A DNA stretch of 63,941 nt, counting the filler. It is 15 parts of 15 records of this genome, joined end to end, with 100 filler letters (N's around TTAATTAATTAA, not from the genome) between each part and the next. Parts side by side here need not be neighbours in the genome. Positions count along the whole stretch, not along the records: positions 27,420 to 31,385 come from SRR15195285_6629; positions 31,486 to 34,551 come from SRR15195285_6630; positions 34,652 to 38,000 come from SRR15195285_6635; positions 38,101 to 41,919 come from SRR15195285_6640; positions 42,020 to 45,149 come from SRR15195285_6641; 10 more parts are not named here. The stretch is one strand, 5' to 3'. Position 1 is the stretch's first letter. Each line of letters begins with the position of its first letter. The notes beneath the pieces are model-generated. The model had not been told where the DNA came from and ran no database searches. It saw nothing but the letters and a program-made list of their open reading frames with translations. Positions 30,570 to 42,086 of the stretch are shown in pieces. Made by a program: the position numbers and the translations under genes.

Positions 30570-31105
30570 TCAAACGCTCAAAGGGCAAGGGGTCGACATT
30601 TTCTCTGCGAGTGCGTCGTCGTCCGATGTCGTGTTATACATTGTGGTGGCATCTGGGAAATGGGCGAGCAGCATCTTTACGACCGGCTGGCCACTGAAAA
30701 TGCCCGTTTGGGGCCGAAAATCCAGAAGGTCAATCAAGAGCTGTGCGTTTCGCTCGTACCATGGCATCCACTCACTCAACGGATGCTGTTCGTTTGCTGC
30801 GATATCCGCGTAGAACGTGCAGCGAATTTCTGCGTCAGCTCCCTCTTCACGCACGAATCGGACAAATTCAGCCGTTCGCCGATCCATATGCAGCATGTGG
30901 TCACGGTTTGCCCCTAACATATTCACCCACAGCTTCTGCCTGATCCCACACTGCGTTTTCCTAGCAGGCTGGCCGAGCAGTTTCGCTTGCGTCCCAGGTT
31001 GTACAACCGATCGCCAACCGACGCAGCTCTTGCAATAATCGTGGGGCCTGATCCAGAGCTCGCAGCTGATGTTCAGACAACACCTCCTCGAGCAGACAAC
31101 CTGGT
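30570..31105 (-). CDS. 3' part of a hypothetical protein (exon structure unresolved)
   Basis: The minus-strand frame is open from about 31105 to the stop at 30570 and has globular-looking composition (SEWMPWYERNAQLLIDLLDF). No family recognised. Confidence 0.35.
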
Positions 31106-31782
31106 TCTACCAGTTTGCCCTGAGTGACGCTGTAAACTGTGTGATCTGACATAGCTATCAGCGTTAATACCCGCACAACGTGCTGTATCAGCATGACGGT
31201 GCGGTCACACAGAAAAGGCTCCAGCTCTCCCCCGAAATTTTTGGCGAGATCAATATTGACCACATCATCCACTACTAAGCATTGCCAAAGTTCCAGTTGA
31301 TCAGTGTGGAGGTGACGGTAAGCCGTCTGTTGATCCCCTTGCACCTGAGCTGGTATGTGCTGATCCTCTCCCGTCGCCGCAAAAANNNNNNNNNNNNNNN
31401 NNNNNNNNNNNNNNNNNNNNNNNNNNNNNTTAATTAATTAANNNNNNNNNNNNNNNNNNNNNNNNNNNNNNNNNNNNNNNNNNNNTACCCTCGATTCTCA
31501 GTATACTGACTGTAGTATTCGAATACATGCATTATAAATCCATTGTCGTTTGCCGAGCCCTGGCCGGTGGCGCTGGCCGGGGTCAAGTCGATCAAGTTGC
31601 TTGTGTGTCGGTCGCGTTCGCTGAGTACGGAGGATCCTGATGGCTGCCCGGTCTTGGTCCCCGCAACAACAACGCACAACAACGCACGAGAGCCGCCGAC
31701 AACGCACTGCAACCGCAGCGCCAACCCACCGGGACACGCTCAGCTCTCAGCCGTTCAGCCGCTCTCAGCGCGCGAGTCGTCC

Positions 31783-32958
31783 ATGGCGTCCCGCCGCCCC
31801 TGCAACCACGGTGCGCGCTGCCGCGTGTTCGGCTGCGCCTTCAGCCACCCGCCCGGACGCGCACGGCTGTGCAAGTTCGGCCCGGGCTGCCGCAAGCTCC
31901 ATGACGCGGAGCACTGCCAGCTGTTCCTGCACGCGAAGCCCAGCGGCGGAGGAGCGGGAGGCGGCGGCGGAGGAGGAACCGCACGGCTGTGCAAGTTCGG
32001 CGCCGGCTGCCGCAAGCTCCACGACCCAGAGCACTGCCAACAGTTCCTGCACGCGAAGCCCAGCGGTGGGGCGGCGGTTGGCGGGAGGCACTTCGCCGTG
32101 CGCAGCGAGCAGCACGTCACGCAGCTCCACAGTGCTCGTCGCGGCGCCAACTTCACCCAGGTTCAGACCGAGGAGCACTTCGTGAACGGCGGCCTCGTGA
32201 AGAAGGTCGTGACACACACGCAGCAGGGCGGTCGTGCGCCCGCCGGCATCTCTGGACGCGATGGCCCGCGGCGACTGGCAGACAAGCCGGATGCACAGAA
32301 GCCTCAACGGCCGGCGGCGCATCGACCGACGCAGCAGGAGCGACTTGCGTGCTGCGTGTGTGACGACAAACACCTACTCACGAAGGGCATTCTCTGCGCG
32401 TCGAAGCACTTCACGTGCGACGGGTGCTTCAAGCACTACGTGGAGATGCGCACTGACGTGGATTCCGTCGACCTGGAAACATTGAGGCGGACCGGTGCCG
32501 CAGTTCGGTGTCCGTGCGCCGCTCCACACGACATCGACTGCGCCGCTGATGCGTTCAGCGACGGTGCTGTGGCTCGCCATGTCGACGATGAGACGTTCGG
32601 CAGGTACCTGCGCTGCAAGGAGTCGCTGGTCAGGCAGCAGGTCTACGAGGAAGCACAGGCCACTCTGCAGCGGGAGATCGCCAGGGTGGTCGACGCGACG
32701 CAGGCGAAGGCCGTCTCGGAGGAGCTGCTTGCTGAGCAGCTGCGCCGCCAGTTCCCCAACGCCGTCATGTGTGGCAACGCAGCCTGCCGTCATGGCCCCA
32801 TCGATCACGGCGGCTGCTCGTGCCTTAGCACGCACCACGGTGATGCGGCCCGAAACGGAGGCCCGGGCGTCATCAACAACAGCTGTCGGCAGTGCGGCTG
32901 GTTTGCACGACGCATCGCGGACTGGCCGAAGTGGGATGGCGTGCTGCGAAGCTCCTGA
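31783..32958 (+). CDS. Zinc-finger E3 ligase-like protein: CCCH finger, 2 PBZ-like fingers, RING1-like domain, Rcat-like C-terminal domain
   Basis: CNHGARCRVFGCAFSH; 2x CKFGxGCRKLHDxEHCQxFLH; CCVCDD...CASKHFTCDGC...RCPC; CGNAACRHGPIDHGGCSCLSTHH...CRQCGW...WPKWDG. Confidence 0.78.
   Translation: MASRRPCNHGARCRVFGCAFSHPPGRARLCKFGPGCRKLHDAEHCQLFLHAKPSGGGAGGGGGGGTARLCKFGAGCRKLHDPEHCQQFLHAKPSGGAAVGGRHFAVRSEQHVTQLHSARRGANFTQVQTEEHFVNGGLVKKVVTHTQQGGRAPAGISGRDGPRRLADKPDAQKPQRPAAHRPTQQERLACCVCDDKHLLTKGILCASKHFTCDGCFKHYVEMRTDVDSVDLETLRRTGAAVRCPCAAPHDIDCAADAFSDGAVARHVDDETFGRYLRCKESLVRQQVYEEAQATLQREIARVVDATQAKAVSEELLAEQLRRQFPNAVMCGNAACRHGPIDHGGCSCLSTHHGDAARNGGPGVINNSCRQCGWFARRIADWPKWDGVLRSS
31861..32069 (+). 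repeat. Intragenic tandem duplication, about 89-nt unit at 120-nt period
   Basis: gcacggctgtgcaagttcggc...cacgcgaagcccagcgg at 31861 and 31981, nearly identical. Confidence 0.9.
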
Positions 32959-33096
32959 TAGGCAGCCTTTGTGACGGGCGGTTGGCACGGTGGAGTTGCT
33001 GGTTTGGTTTATCAGCCTCTGTAACATGATGCGTGTCTCATTCACGTCTTGCCCCTCACAATCCCGAGCCCTTGTTAGCATGCTCAACATAAGGTC

Positions 33097-34386
33097 TTAC
33101 ATGCACAGAATTTCGTACTCGCCACTAGTTGCGCCCGTGCCAGTAGCATCGTTGCGGTCGACCAGCATATTGTCCTGACATCTAGGCGCCCAGTGCAACC
33201 GCGTGCCACTGGTGGCGTCATTGTCGCCGTCGTCGTTGTAGTTGTGAAAGAATGCACAGCGAGGGTACAGCTGGCCCCAGCAATCATTGTTACTCCAGAC
33301 GGATACCTCGCTTCCCACAGCAATCGCGTATCGTAGTCTCTGACAGTGCAGAAGGTCTTCGTTTGGAAGACCAGTGTAGCCCGGATTGCACTGATATTCG
33401 GCCCAGACTTTTGCTGCGGCTTCGCACTCCGCCTGGGTAGAAGGCATGCGTCGCCTAGCTTGTCCGCATGTCCTAGCAGTCGAGGTCCTTCGCAAATCCA
33501 GCAAACTCAGCAGCTCGACTTTGCGAACATCACACATGCTTCCCGTGTGAGAACTGTGGCAGCTACAGTTTCCTGCACTGCAGCTGCCAGCGGCGCGTGC
33601 AGACTTGATTGCCATCTGCTGTCCGTTGCCACTGCATTTGCACTCAGTCTCACAGGCCTTACCAATCCAGTATCCCGAGCACCTGCAGCTGCCAGCAGCG
33701 CAGTTTCCTGCCTCTCGAGCTGCTGCGAGTCCCATCTGTGTCCCATGGCCGTTGCAGTCGCAGTTTTGCCTGCAGTATGTGCCAACGTAGGACCCTGAGC
33801 ATTTGCACGCGCGACTATCGTCGGCGCCAGCGGTATCGCTATCACTCGAATTCCCGCTGTAACTGGAATCCGACCAGCTTCCCGTACTGTCCGCTGCATC
33901 GACCCAAGGAACACCGCAGGCCTCCTCACAAAATTCGCCCGCGTAGTCCTCGGCGCACGTGCATTCCGCGATCAAGCCGGCACACGAGCCGTGCTCGCCA
34001 CATGGATTTCGACCACACCCGGCCGTGTAGTAAACAATCAAGAATACGACGCCTGCGCAAGCTGCGGCAAATACGAGGGCGCACGAGCGTTTCCAGCCTC
34101 CGTACCGCCAATCCTCCCAGCAGTCGCTCATAGGGCGCCGAAGATCGGGGGTACCGCCTCCAGCTCCGATCTTCTGCTCCGTGCTGGGCCAGGCGCGGTC
34201 TACTGCACGGTCGGTCTTTGCGACACGCCGTACACGGTCCGCAGGGCTGCTGCCGGCGGCGCGTTTTTGCTTCGGCTGCTGATCAGCTGGCCGAGAACTC
34301 CTATGTTTCTGTTTCCTATGTGATGAGCGTGGAGCTCTCTCCGAGCTGCTCGGCGGAGGCGTAGCAGCATCCCCACGCTTCCCCAT
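33097..34386 (-). CDS. Type II membrane protein with EGF-like repeats
   Basis: Basic disordered N-terminus, one TM (ALVFAAACAGVVFLIVYY), then CGRNPCGEHGSC...CTCAEDYAGEFC and CxCNGHG/CSGNG...CxCSGxxxGxxC repeats. Confidence 0.78.
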   Translation of the reverse strand: MGKRGDAATPPPSSSERAPRSSHRKQKHRSSRPADQQPKQKRAAGSSPADRVRRVAKTDRAVDRAWPSTEQKIGAGGGTPDLRRPMSDCWEDWRYGGWKRSCALVFAAACAGVVFLIVYYTAGCGRNPCGEHGSCAGLIAECTCAEDYAGEFCEEACGVPWVDAADSTGSWSDSSYSGNSSDSDTAGADDSRACKCSGSYVGTYCRQNCDCNGHGTQMGLAAAREAGNCAAGSCRCSGYWIGKACETECKCSGNGQQMAIKSARAAGSCSAGNCSCHSSHTGSMCDVRKVELLSLLDLRRTSTARTCGQARRRMPSTQAECEAAAKVWAEYQCNPGYTGLPNEDLLHCQRLRYAIAVGSEVSVWSNNDCWGQLYPRCAFFHNYNDDGDNDATSGTRLHWAPRCQDNMLVDRNDATGTGATSGEYEILCM

Positions 34387-34787
34387 CTCTGCTGCACCAC
34401 GCGTGCGTCTCAAACGACGTGCGGTCGCCGCGCCCTCACGGCCTCCTCCCGCAGCCCATCTCGGCCGCCCGCCCTAACCACAACTAACCCCTCTCCCGCA
34501 TGCCGTAGCGCCCTCACCAGTAGTGTGCATCGCCACTACGCAGCGGGGGCGNNNNNNNNNNNNNNNNNNNNNNNNNNNNNNNNNNNNNNNNNNNNTTAAT
34601 TAATTAANNNNNNNNNNNNNNNNNNNNNNNNNNNNNNNNNNNNNNNNNNNNTGGGAGCTTAACGGAGGGTTGGAGGTGGTTTGGAAGGTGGCTAGTTCTG
34701 GGGTTTACCGTAGTCGTGGTGGGGCGGTGTGTCGGTGAGTGTGCGGAGGGAGGGCGGCCACGCAAGCTTAGCTCTTTAAGCGCGGAG

Positions 34788-37700
34788 ATGCCCGCCGAGG
34801 GGACTCCGCCTGCGCCCCCACCGGTAACGCCGGTGAAGCTGGGCGAGCCGGTAGAGGCGGTCACGGAGTCGCCGAGGACGCCGAATTCCAAGTTGGCTGA
34901 TGAGATCTCGCAAGCGAAAGCGAAGCAGTTGATCAAGAAGGTGAAGTTGGCGCATCAAAATCGCCATGAGGTCGAGGAGGAGAGGCAGCACCATCAGGAG
35001 AACAAGGAGTTCGCCAAGCACGACGAAAACGCCGCGTTCGGCTCGCGCGCCGTGGGCGGCTCCAGACCAAACGACGAGGTGCTGTACGGGAAGGCCGAGT
35101 CAACTGACTACCTGACTCCGGACACGCCGCAAGAAGAGTCCTTCCAGCGTACGTTCACCCCAGCCATGCGGACCAGGCGCCGACTCTACATCTGGGGGCT
35201 GTACTTGTGCCTGGGTGTCGCGGTGGCAGCGGAGATCATCGTCATTCTCGGCCTGTGCGAGGTGATCCAGAAGGTTCGCGTGAAAGCAACGAACACCCAA
35301 CTGGAGAGCAACGAACTGCTGATGGCGTGGGTGGTGTGGACCGGCTCGAGCATGGCGCTGTGCTTGGTCGCGTGCGTCCTAGTGTTGTGGCAACCTGCAG
35401 CGGCCTCGTCGGGTATCCCAGGCCTCATCGCGTACCTGAATGGGGTCACTCCGGTCGGGGGCACCTCGCCCCTGACGGGGAAGAAGACGGGCTTCCTGTC
35501 CTTTCAAACCCTAATTGCGAAGTCGGTTGGGATGACTCTCTCCATTCCCTCCGGCCTATGCCTGGGGCCGGAAGGACCGATCATTCATATCGGAGCGCTG
35601 CTGGCGCACCACACCACGGCCTTTTTCGAGACTCTTTCGCACAAGCTACTTCCCGAACGGCTCCACTTCTCTGTCCAGTCTGGAGAGGGCCGCGATTTCC
35701 TTGCGACCGGTGCAGCGGTGGGCATCTGCGTGGCTTTCCGCGCCCCGCTGGCCGGCTGCTTGTTTGTCGTCGAGGAAGCCTCGTCGTTCTTCACGACGGA
35801 GCACCTGGAGTACACCTTCTTCGCGACGGTCGTTGCCTACATGGTCGCGCTTGCCCTGGCGCGGCCCGAGGATAACTTCACAAAGTTCAAGCAGGCCACG
35901 GGCTACTTCTGCACGCAGTTCGATTGGTTTGACATGTAAGCCTCGCATGCAGCCTGTCACCTGCCGACTTGCACATCAGAGTCAACCACCGCAGGTTGCT
36001 GTTGTACACACATGCAGATGATGTACTCATCGCGCGCTGCTGCATCGCAGGATACTCTTCGTTGTGGTCGCGGTGGTAGGCGGGATGGCAGGGGCTTTGT
36101 TCAACCATATCGTCGAGTCGCTAAACCACTTGCGGGCGCACCATATCAACGCACACATGTGGAGGCGTGTAGCGGAGGTGGTGATTTTGGTCTTGGTAAC
36201 AGGCACGGTCGCCGTTTTCCTTCCGTACTGGTTCGACTGCGAGACTCCGACACGCTCAATGCTCATGGAGGACTCGATCGGATGCCTGTCCGAAGAGGAC
36301 GCCCACATGATTTCACAGGGTTCGATATCTCATCCAGTTTTGACTAGCTTGCTTGCAAATTGCAGCGGGGATGGCACAGCCGAGATCAGCGAGAAACTTT
36401 TAAAATTCCGAGCGCCTGACAGCGCGTGGAGCGAGGATGGACACGAGTGGAAGGACTTTGTCTGGGTGGACAACGCCGATGAGAACCCGACTATCCAGCT
36501 GCACTACCAGCACAGCTATAATTGTCCCGACAGGAACGACTACAACGCGATGTCAATGCTGTGGCTGAACGGTGGGGTGAAAGGCGTCAAGGTGCTCCTG
36601 CAGCGCGGATTCCCTCACATGTTGAGCTGGCAAGTGCTCCTCGTCTTCTTCGCGGTCTATTTCGTATTCGCCGCGTACACCTCTGGTGTCGCCGTTCCTG
36701 CGGGCCTGATTGTCCCCCACCTGCTCATCGGCGGCTCTTACGGCCGCGCGATCGGCTTGCTCGGCATTTACCAGAAGAAAGCGATGTGCTCGGCGCTCAT
36801 AGACCTGGAAAACAAGGCTGCCACCGGTGGCTTAAACCTGAACGCCGCGGACTACGGCGGAGAAGACTGGATGTTCGACGACACTTACTTTTGGTCGACT
36901 GTGTATCGTTGGGCCGGACGAGACTGCCATTTGCCTGACCCAGGAATGTATGCTGTGGTTGGCTGCGCTGCATTCTTGAGCGGCTCGGGGCGCATTACCA
37001 TGATGCTTGCCACAGTGATTATCGAGCTCACCGATGATGCCAGCCTGATCGGCCCTGTTGGTGTTGCGAGCATCATCGCTATGATTGTGGGCAACCTGTT
37101 CAATCACGGTCTCTACCATGGCCTGATCCCAGTGATGAACATGCCGTTCCTCAATGAGCAGCCTGCAGACGTGATGAATCTCATCAGCGTCTCAGATATC
37201 ATGACACGCGACGTAATCTGCCTGCCAAAGATGGCGCCACCGGCTCTTGTTGACGAGATTATCGCCAAGCACGACAGTGGGGAGATGGCACACAACGCGT
37301 TCCCCGTGATTGACAAATGGGACCCTAAAAAGCCGGACCAGCTGAGCGGCAAAAAGCTGCGCGGCATCATCTCGATACAGAACCTGCGATTAGCTGCAAA
37401 CTGTGAGAAAACAGTGAATTCTGATACCAACAGTCGCAGATCTCGCTTCGTGAAAGGCACCCAGTTGAACATCAAGTTTAGCCCCGTGCAACTCCCTGGC
37501 GCTGCATTAGTGAGCTCAGACTTTGAGGGGTTGACTGAAGAGCATCACTCGATCGACCGAGATCTACAGGATGAACTGCTGTCCTGGCTGATCCACGTGC
37601 CACTTTTGCACGACCTGCGCAACGCGGTGCTCAAACGTATGCTTGCCCGGATGCACGTCGGCGACGTGAAGCCGCACGAGGACGTCATTCACGTTGGCGA

Positions 37701-38000
37701 GCCTGGTCACGCGATGTACTTCTTGGAATCTGGCTCTGCCGAGGCGCTCGTGCGAGAAAAAGTAGTGAAGACGTACGGCAGGGGCGAGTTCTTTGGTGAG
37801 TTGGCGTTAATTACGGACGAGCCTCGTAAGGCAACTGTCCGCGCTGGCAAGGACGGCGCGCGCGTGTGGAGGCTGGAGAAGCTAGTGTTTCAGGACACCC
37901 TGGACATGGACCGAGAGCTCAAGCTGTTGAACTTTGCCGACAGGTCACCCATCACTGTGGTGCCGCACACGAAAGTCGCCCGCGCATTCGGCATCTTCCG
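34788..38000 (+). CDS. CLC chloride/proton antiporter (CLC-6/7-like) with CBS1, cNMP-binding domain and start of CBS2; 3' truncated. Exons 34788-35935, 36051-38000
   Basis: AASSGIPG, GPEGPIIH, FRAPLAGCLFVVEE, VPAGLIVP, GLYH; CBS HNAFPV...LRGII; cNMP GEFFGELALITDEPRKATV. Intron 35936-36050 joins FD-M-ILFVV in frame. Confidence 0.92.
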
Positions 38001-38428
38001 NNNNNNNNNNNNNNNNNNNNNNNNNNNNNNNNNNNNNNNNNNNNTTAATTAATTAANNNNNNNNNNNNNNNNNNNNNNNNNNNNNNNNNNNNNNNNNNNN
38101 TTTTGGGGTTTACGGGCCTAAAAATCAATGTACAGGTGTCCGTACCGGTACTGTGTACTGGAGCACAGCGCGATGTGAGGCGGCGCAGGGCAGCTTTTAT
38201 ACAGCCCCAACCAAGTGTCAGTAGACACGGGAGGTTTGCCCCACATGACCTGAGGCAGCCTCTAACGGTCAGTAACGGGGCCAATTTGTCGGTGGGTTAG
38301 AAACCCCCTTTTCTCTACTACTACTGTCACCCCAACTAGCTCGGCACTGAATAGAGGTCACTCAACGCTCCGTTGGTTGCATGTTGCGCAAAGCTCTAGA
38401 GTCTAGAAATCCAAAAACTCAAAATCAA

Positions 38429-41400
38429 TCAATCACTTTCATAATTGAGTTTGTATACGGTGACTTGGCGACCTAGATCTAGCGATGTAGAGATATGACG
38501 GTCACCGTCCGAACCCGAGCTCCTGCTTTTCAGACCCAGGTGTGTAGCTTGCTGGTGCACGAATCGTCGCTGCGAGCAACACGCAAACACGCAAACGATG
38601 ATTTGAATGTTGCTTCCGACAACAACGTACAGTGTACCAGATACTTGATCGAAAATAGCAGACCACCCAATCGCACGCACGCACGCACGAACCTGTGCAG
38701 CGGTCAGCGTCGTGGGAAAGGTCATACTGTTGCTAGCGCTGTGTTGGAAGCCCTCCAACGCGGCTTTCAGCTGAGAGTTCGTTTCTTTAGTCGCGGACGC
38801 TGTGCTTCGCTCTCCAGATAGACTGCTCGTCACACCTAGGGTGCCCCATGTCCTTGCGACACGAGAATCACACAACTGTCGAACTCGCCAGAATTCTTGG
38901 CAGACGTACTGGAAGCACTCCTGAGTTGCAAGCAAAGTTTAGAAGGATAACAATATCAGCACCTTCACTGCATTTGCACCTATCTGACATCCAATTTGTA
39001 GACTTGCGTGGCGCATTGACAAGACCACCGCTGCTGGTCTATAGCAGCTGGTCGATGCAGTAAGCACACCGTGCTTGCTTGCTTACTTTCAATGTGACTC
39101 CACCAAGAGCACAATGGCGCAAGGTGATCGTTGGGTCGGAGCGCCTAAAATTTATGCACCTGCGACATGAATTTCAATAGTACATATTATAGTGAAGTAA
39201 AAACGTGGTGCCACAAGAAAGTCCCGTTGCAATGAGCGGGCAACCGTACAAGAACTCTTGCAAGCCTCGATGCCCAGCGGTGTCTGCTGTGTATCCATCG
39301 CCTGTGTACAACTGGTTCAAACCGATGATGTGGTACAGGAATGCACGCACATCACATGTACGAGCCTTCTCACCCAGAGCTGCTAGACGCTCCGCAGTCA
39401 TGAAAGCCGGGCTCAGAGGTCCAATAGTACGTGCTTCGTACATGGAGTGCTTGTACTCTTGTTGCAGCTGATCAAACTTCTGATCCTTCAAGTTGGGGAG
39501 GTGCTGCGTGACAATTGCGCCGACCGTCGGATAGCAGATTTGAACAATTGTGCACACCCCACTCCAGTCCGCCCCTAGTGGTGGGACTGGCACCAGATTT
39601 GACCTGGTAGACAGCTCATCGACGCCGCCATGGATACTCCAGCGTCGCCGGCGAGTGCTATTCTGCAATTCTCCTGTTCTATCCACGCTTACATTCATCG
39701 AAAACACTGTGAGCTCAAATGTGTGCCCTGCTGACAGATTCTCCTGCATGGTTGCACAAACACGTCCAACGGTTATCGATGAGTGTAGGAACAACACATG
39801 TATGGAGAGGACACAGCTTGTTTGGTCATCCATTAGCTTACGTAGATGTTCAGCGGCTCCAATCCAATGTCGATAAGCACACGCATTACCAGTGATCCTC
39901 CTTTTGCGCCTTCTTTGTTGTGCGCTGCCGAAATGCTCAACAGGCGTCTCAATCCGCTGTCAAATGTCGAGCGTGGTCTTAGATTCACGCACGATGCAGG
40001 ACATACAATACACCAATAATGCGTGCTTAATCAGGGCTTACTCAGGACCGAGCACAAAGACTGTCCGCCCAATCCCACCGCAGTCATCAGTGGGTGCCCT
40101 GCTCCTTAGCCATTGAAACTGAGCAGGGGAGTTGCCAGAAACAACTCGGCCAAAGAGCCCCTCCACCTCCTCATTATCACGTAGCATTTCTCCTGCCTGA
40201 AAGCGGCTGAGATACTCGTCAGGAGTAAGTGACTTCGTCACTGTAGAGTTTGTCTTGAGTAGAAGCATCGGTAGTATGGTTTTCAACTTCTTCCATGAAA
40301 GGTAACCGTCAAGGTAGGCAGCCTTCGCTTCGGTTTCAGGCAGCCCTAAGGCCTTGACGCTTGATGAGCTGAATACGTGTTGCGAATCACTGCGTAGCCG
40401 CAGTGGGCTTTCCTGATGCAATCTCCCATTCGGTTTTGGAACAACAGCTGACACCTACGTACAAACATGCCACACAGGACCGGTGAGTCTGAAAGTCTCA
40501 ATCCGAGATGCGAACTACACCGTCATAGTGACACTGCAACCTACTGACAGTCGACAGAGCTCTTGCTAAAAGCATTATGAATCTTGCATGCACACCAGCG
40601 CTTGAGAGGTCGATGATTTCTTCAATTTCTTGTGACTTTTGAGGAGGTAGTGCACTTCGGTGTAGACGCTTCCCGGGTCCTGATGATCGCCCAAGTCCAG
40701 CGTTGCACACAGCCACCGCAACGCGTCTACAACAAAGTGCACTACCTCCTCAACGCGTATGCACAGCGGGCAACTAGCGAGTCCTGCGCTCTTGATGTTG
40801 TCCAGGACGAAAATTTTGATCGGGTTCATCGTTTCAAATTCCGGCATATCAAAGATGCTAGACTGAACCGTGCCACTGCCTGTAAACATTGGGCCAAGAT
40901 CGTACTCATGGTACAGAAAAGCTCTGACGTCAGAAGACTTAGCCGCTGCACCGAGCGCCTCAAGTCGGCTTGCTGTCATGATGTTTTGGCTGGATGTGTT
41001 GTTGTGGTGGTGCGTCGCGAAACACTGCATTGCATTGCGGCCTCGGTTTTCGTCGTATTCTGCTGCGAGCTCAGTGAAAGAGGTCGTACACACTCGAAAC
41101 CAGTGCTGACAGATGATCGTATCCCAGAGGTTCCGGTAGTCTGCCTGCAGCATCTGCGCTACAGCATCCCAGCCCGCAGATTTGATGTTTCCATCCGCGG
41201 AGCCCGCCGTGGCTCGCGCTGGATTCCACACCACTAGGCTGAAGCAGCACCCGGCAGCGAGATCGTGATAAATCGACATGCAGTCAAGTCCCGCCATCAT
41301 CAGAATCTGCAGAGGGTGCTGTTGGACGAATTGCGCCAGCCCATCAGGACCCACGCCGAAGACAAAGCTCCGAGACGAGGAACCGGCGCCACCGACCCAC

Positions 41401-41678
41401 TCGAAATCTGCCGGGCTACACCCCACGCATATGCACCCGTAGAGACCCTGGAGTGAATGTGGCTGTAGCACCGCGTGTGGATTATCTGCTCCCACACCCT
41501 GTTCCAGCGCTGCAATGTACTGCTGTGGTGACACTCCGCTGGTCTCAGCAGCTTGGTCCTTGTCTGGCAACAGTTGTGCTGCGGAACAGAGACTTTTAGC
41601 GCCTGCAGGTGCAGCCGCATCTTGCGGCACAGCCGCCACCCCACCTGCTCCGAGAGCCGTCGAAGCGCCGCACCCCAT
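38429..41678 (-). CDS. Multi-exon MGCGAS-type acylated protein with two copies of an unnamed domain of about 300 aa and a C-terminal R3H domain
   Basis: Introns 40455-40595, 39957-40041, 39744-39841 and 38570-38692 give in-frame joins; exons between about 38900 and 39210 are uncertain. Repeated GLxG...F.W...GPDGL and DVRAFLYH..GL...TG.G motifs. R3H FPTTLTAAQRRFVHQQATHLGLKSRSSG. Confidence 0.7.
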
Positions 41679-42019
41679 AGCTACGCCTCGACCAGACCAG
41701 CCTTGCCGGCCTCCTGCTTCACGAGCAGCGCAGCATCGCCGGCGGCCGTGAACGCCTCGGGCAGCTCCCCCGCCGCCGTACCTACCGCAGGTCCGCCACT
41801 ACCATCCCGCCTGCACCGGCGGTGCCCCGCCACTGCTGCGGTGCTGCCCTGCGTGCCCGGCCGTGCACCGCGGCGCGGCACCTGCTGTGCTCGAGGAATA
41901 TTAGAATCGAAGATTCTAGNNNNNNNNNNNNNNNNNNNNNNNNNNNNNNNNNNNNNNNNNNNNTTAATTAATTAANNNNNNNNNNNNNNNNNNNNNNNNN
42001 NNNNNNNNNNNNNNNNNNN

Positions 42020-42046
42020 TGGTGGTGGTGGTGGTGGTGGTGGTGG
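42020..42046 (+). repeat. (TGG)9 microsatellite at contig start
   Basis: Read directly. Confidence 0.9.
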
Positions 42047-42086
42047 TAGCAACAGTACGTCAGCAGGTGCGCCTATCGATGTCGAC

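Noticed and set aside
34470-34492. CCCTAACC / CTAACCC as telomeric repeats
   Set aside because: Only two isolated imperfect units, not a tandem array.
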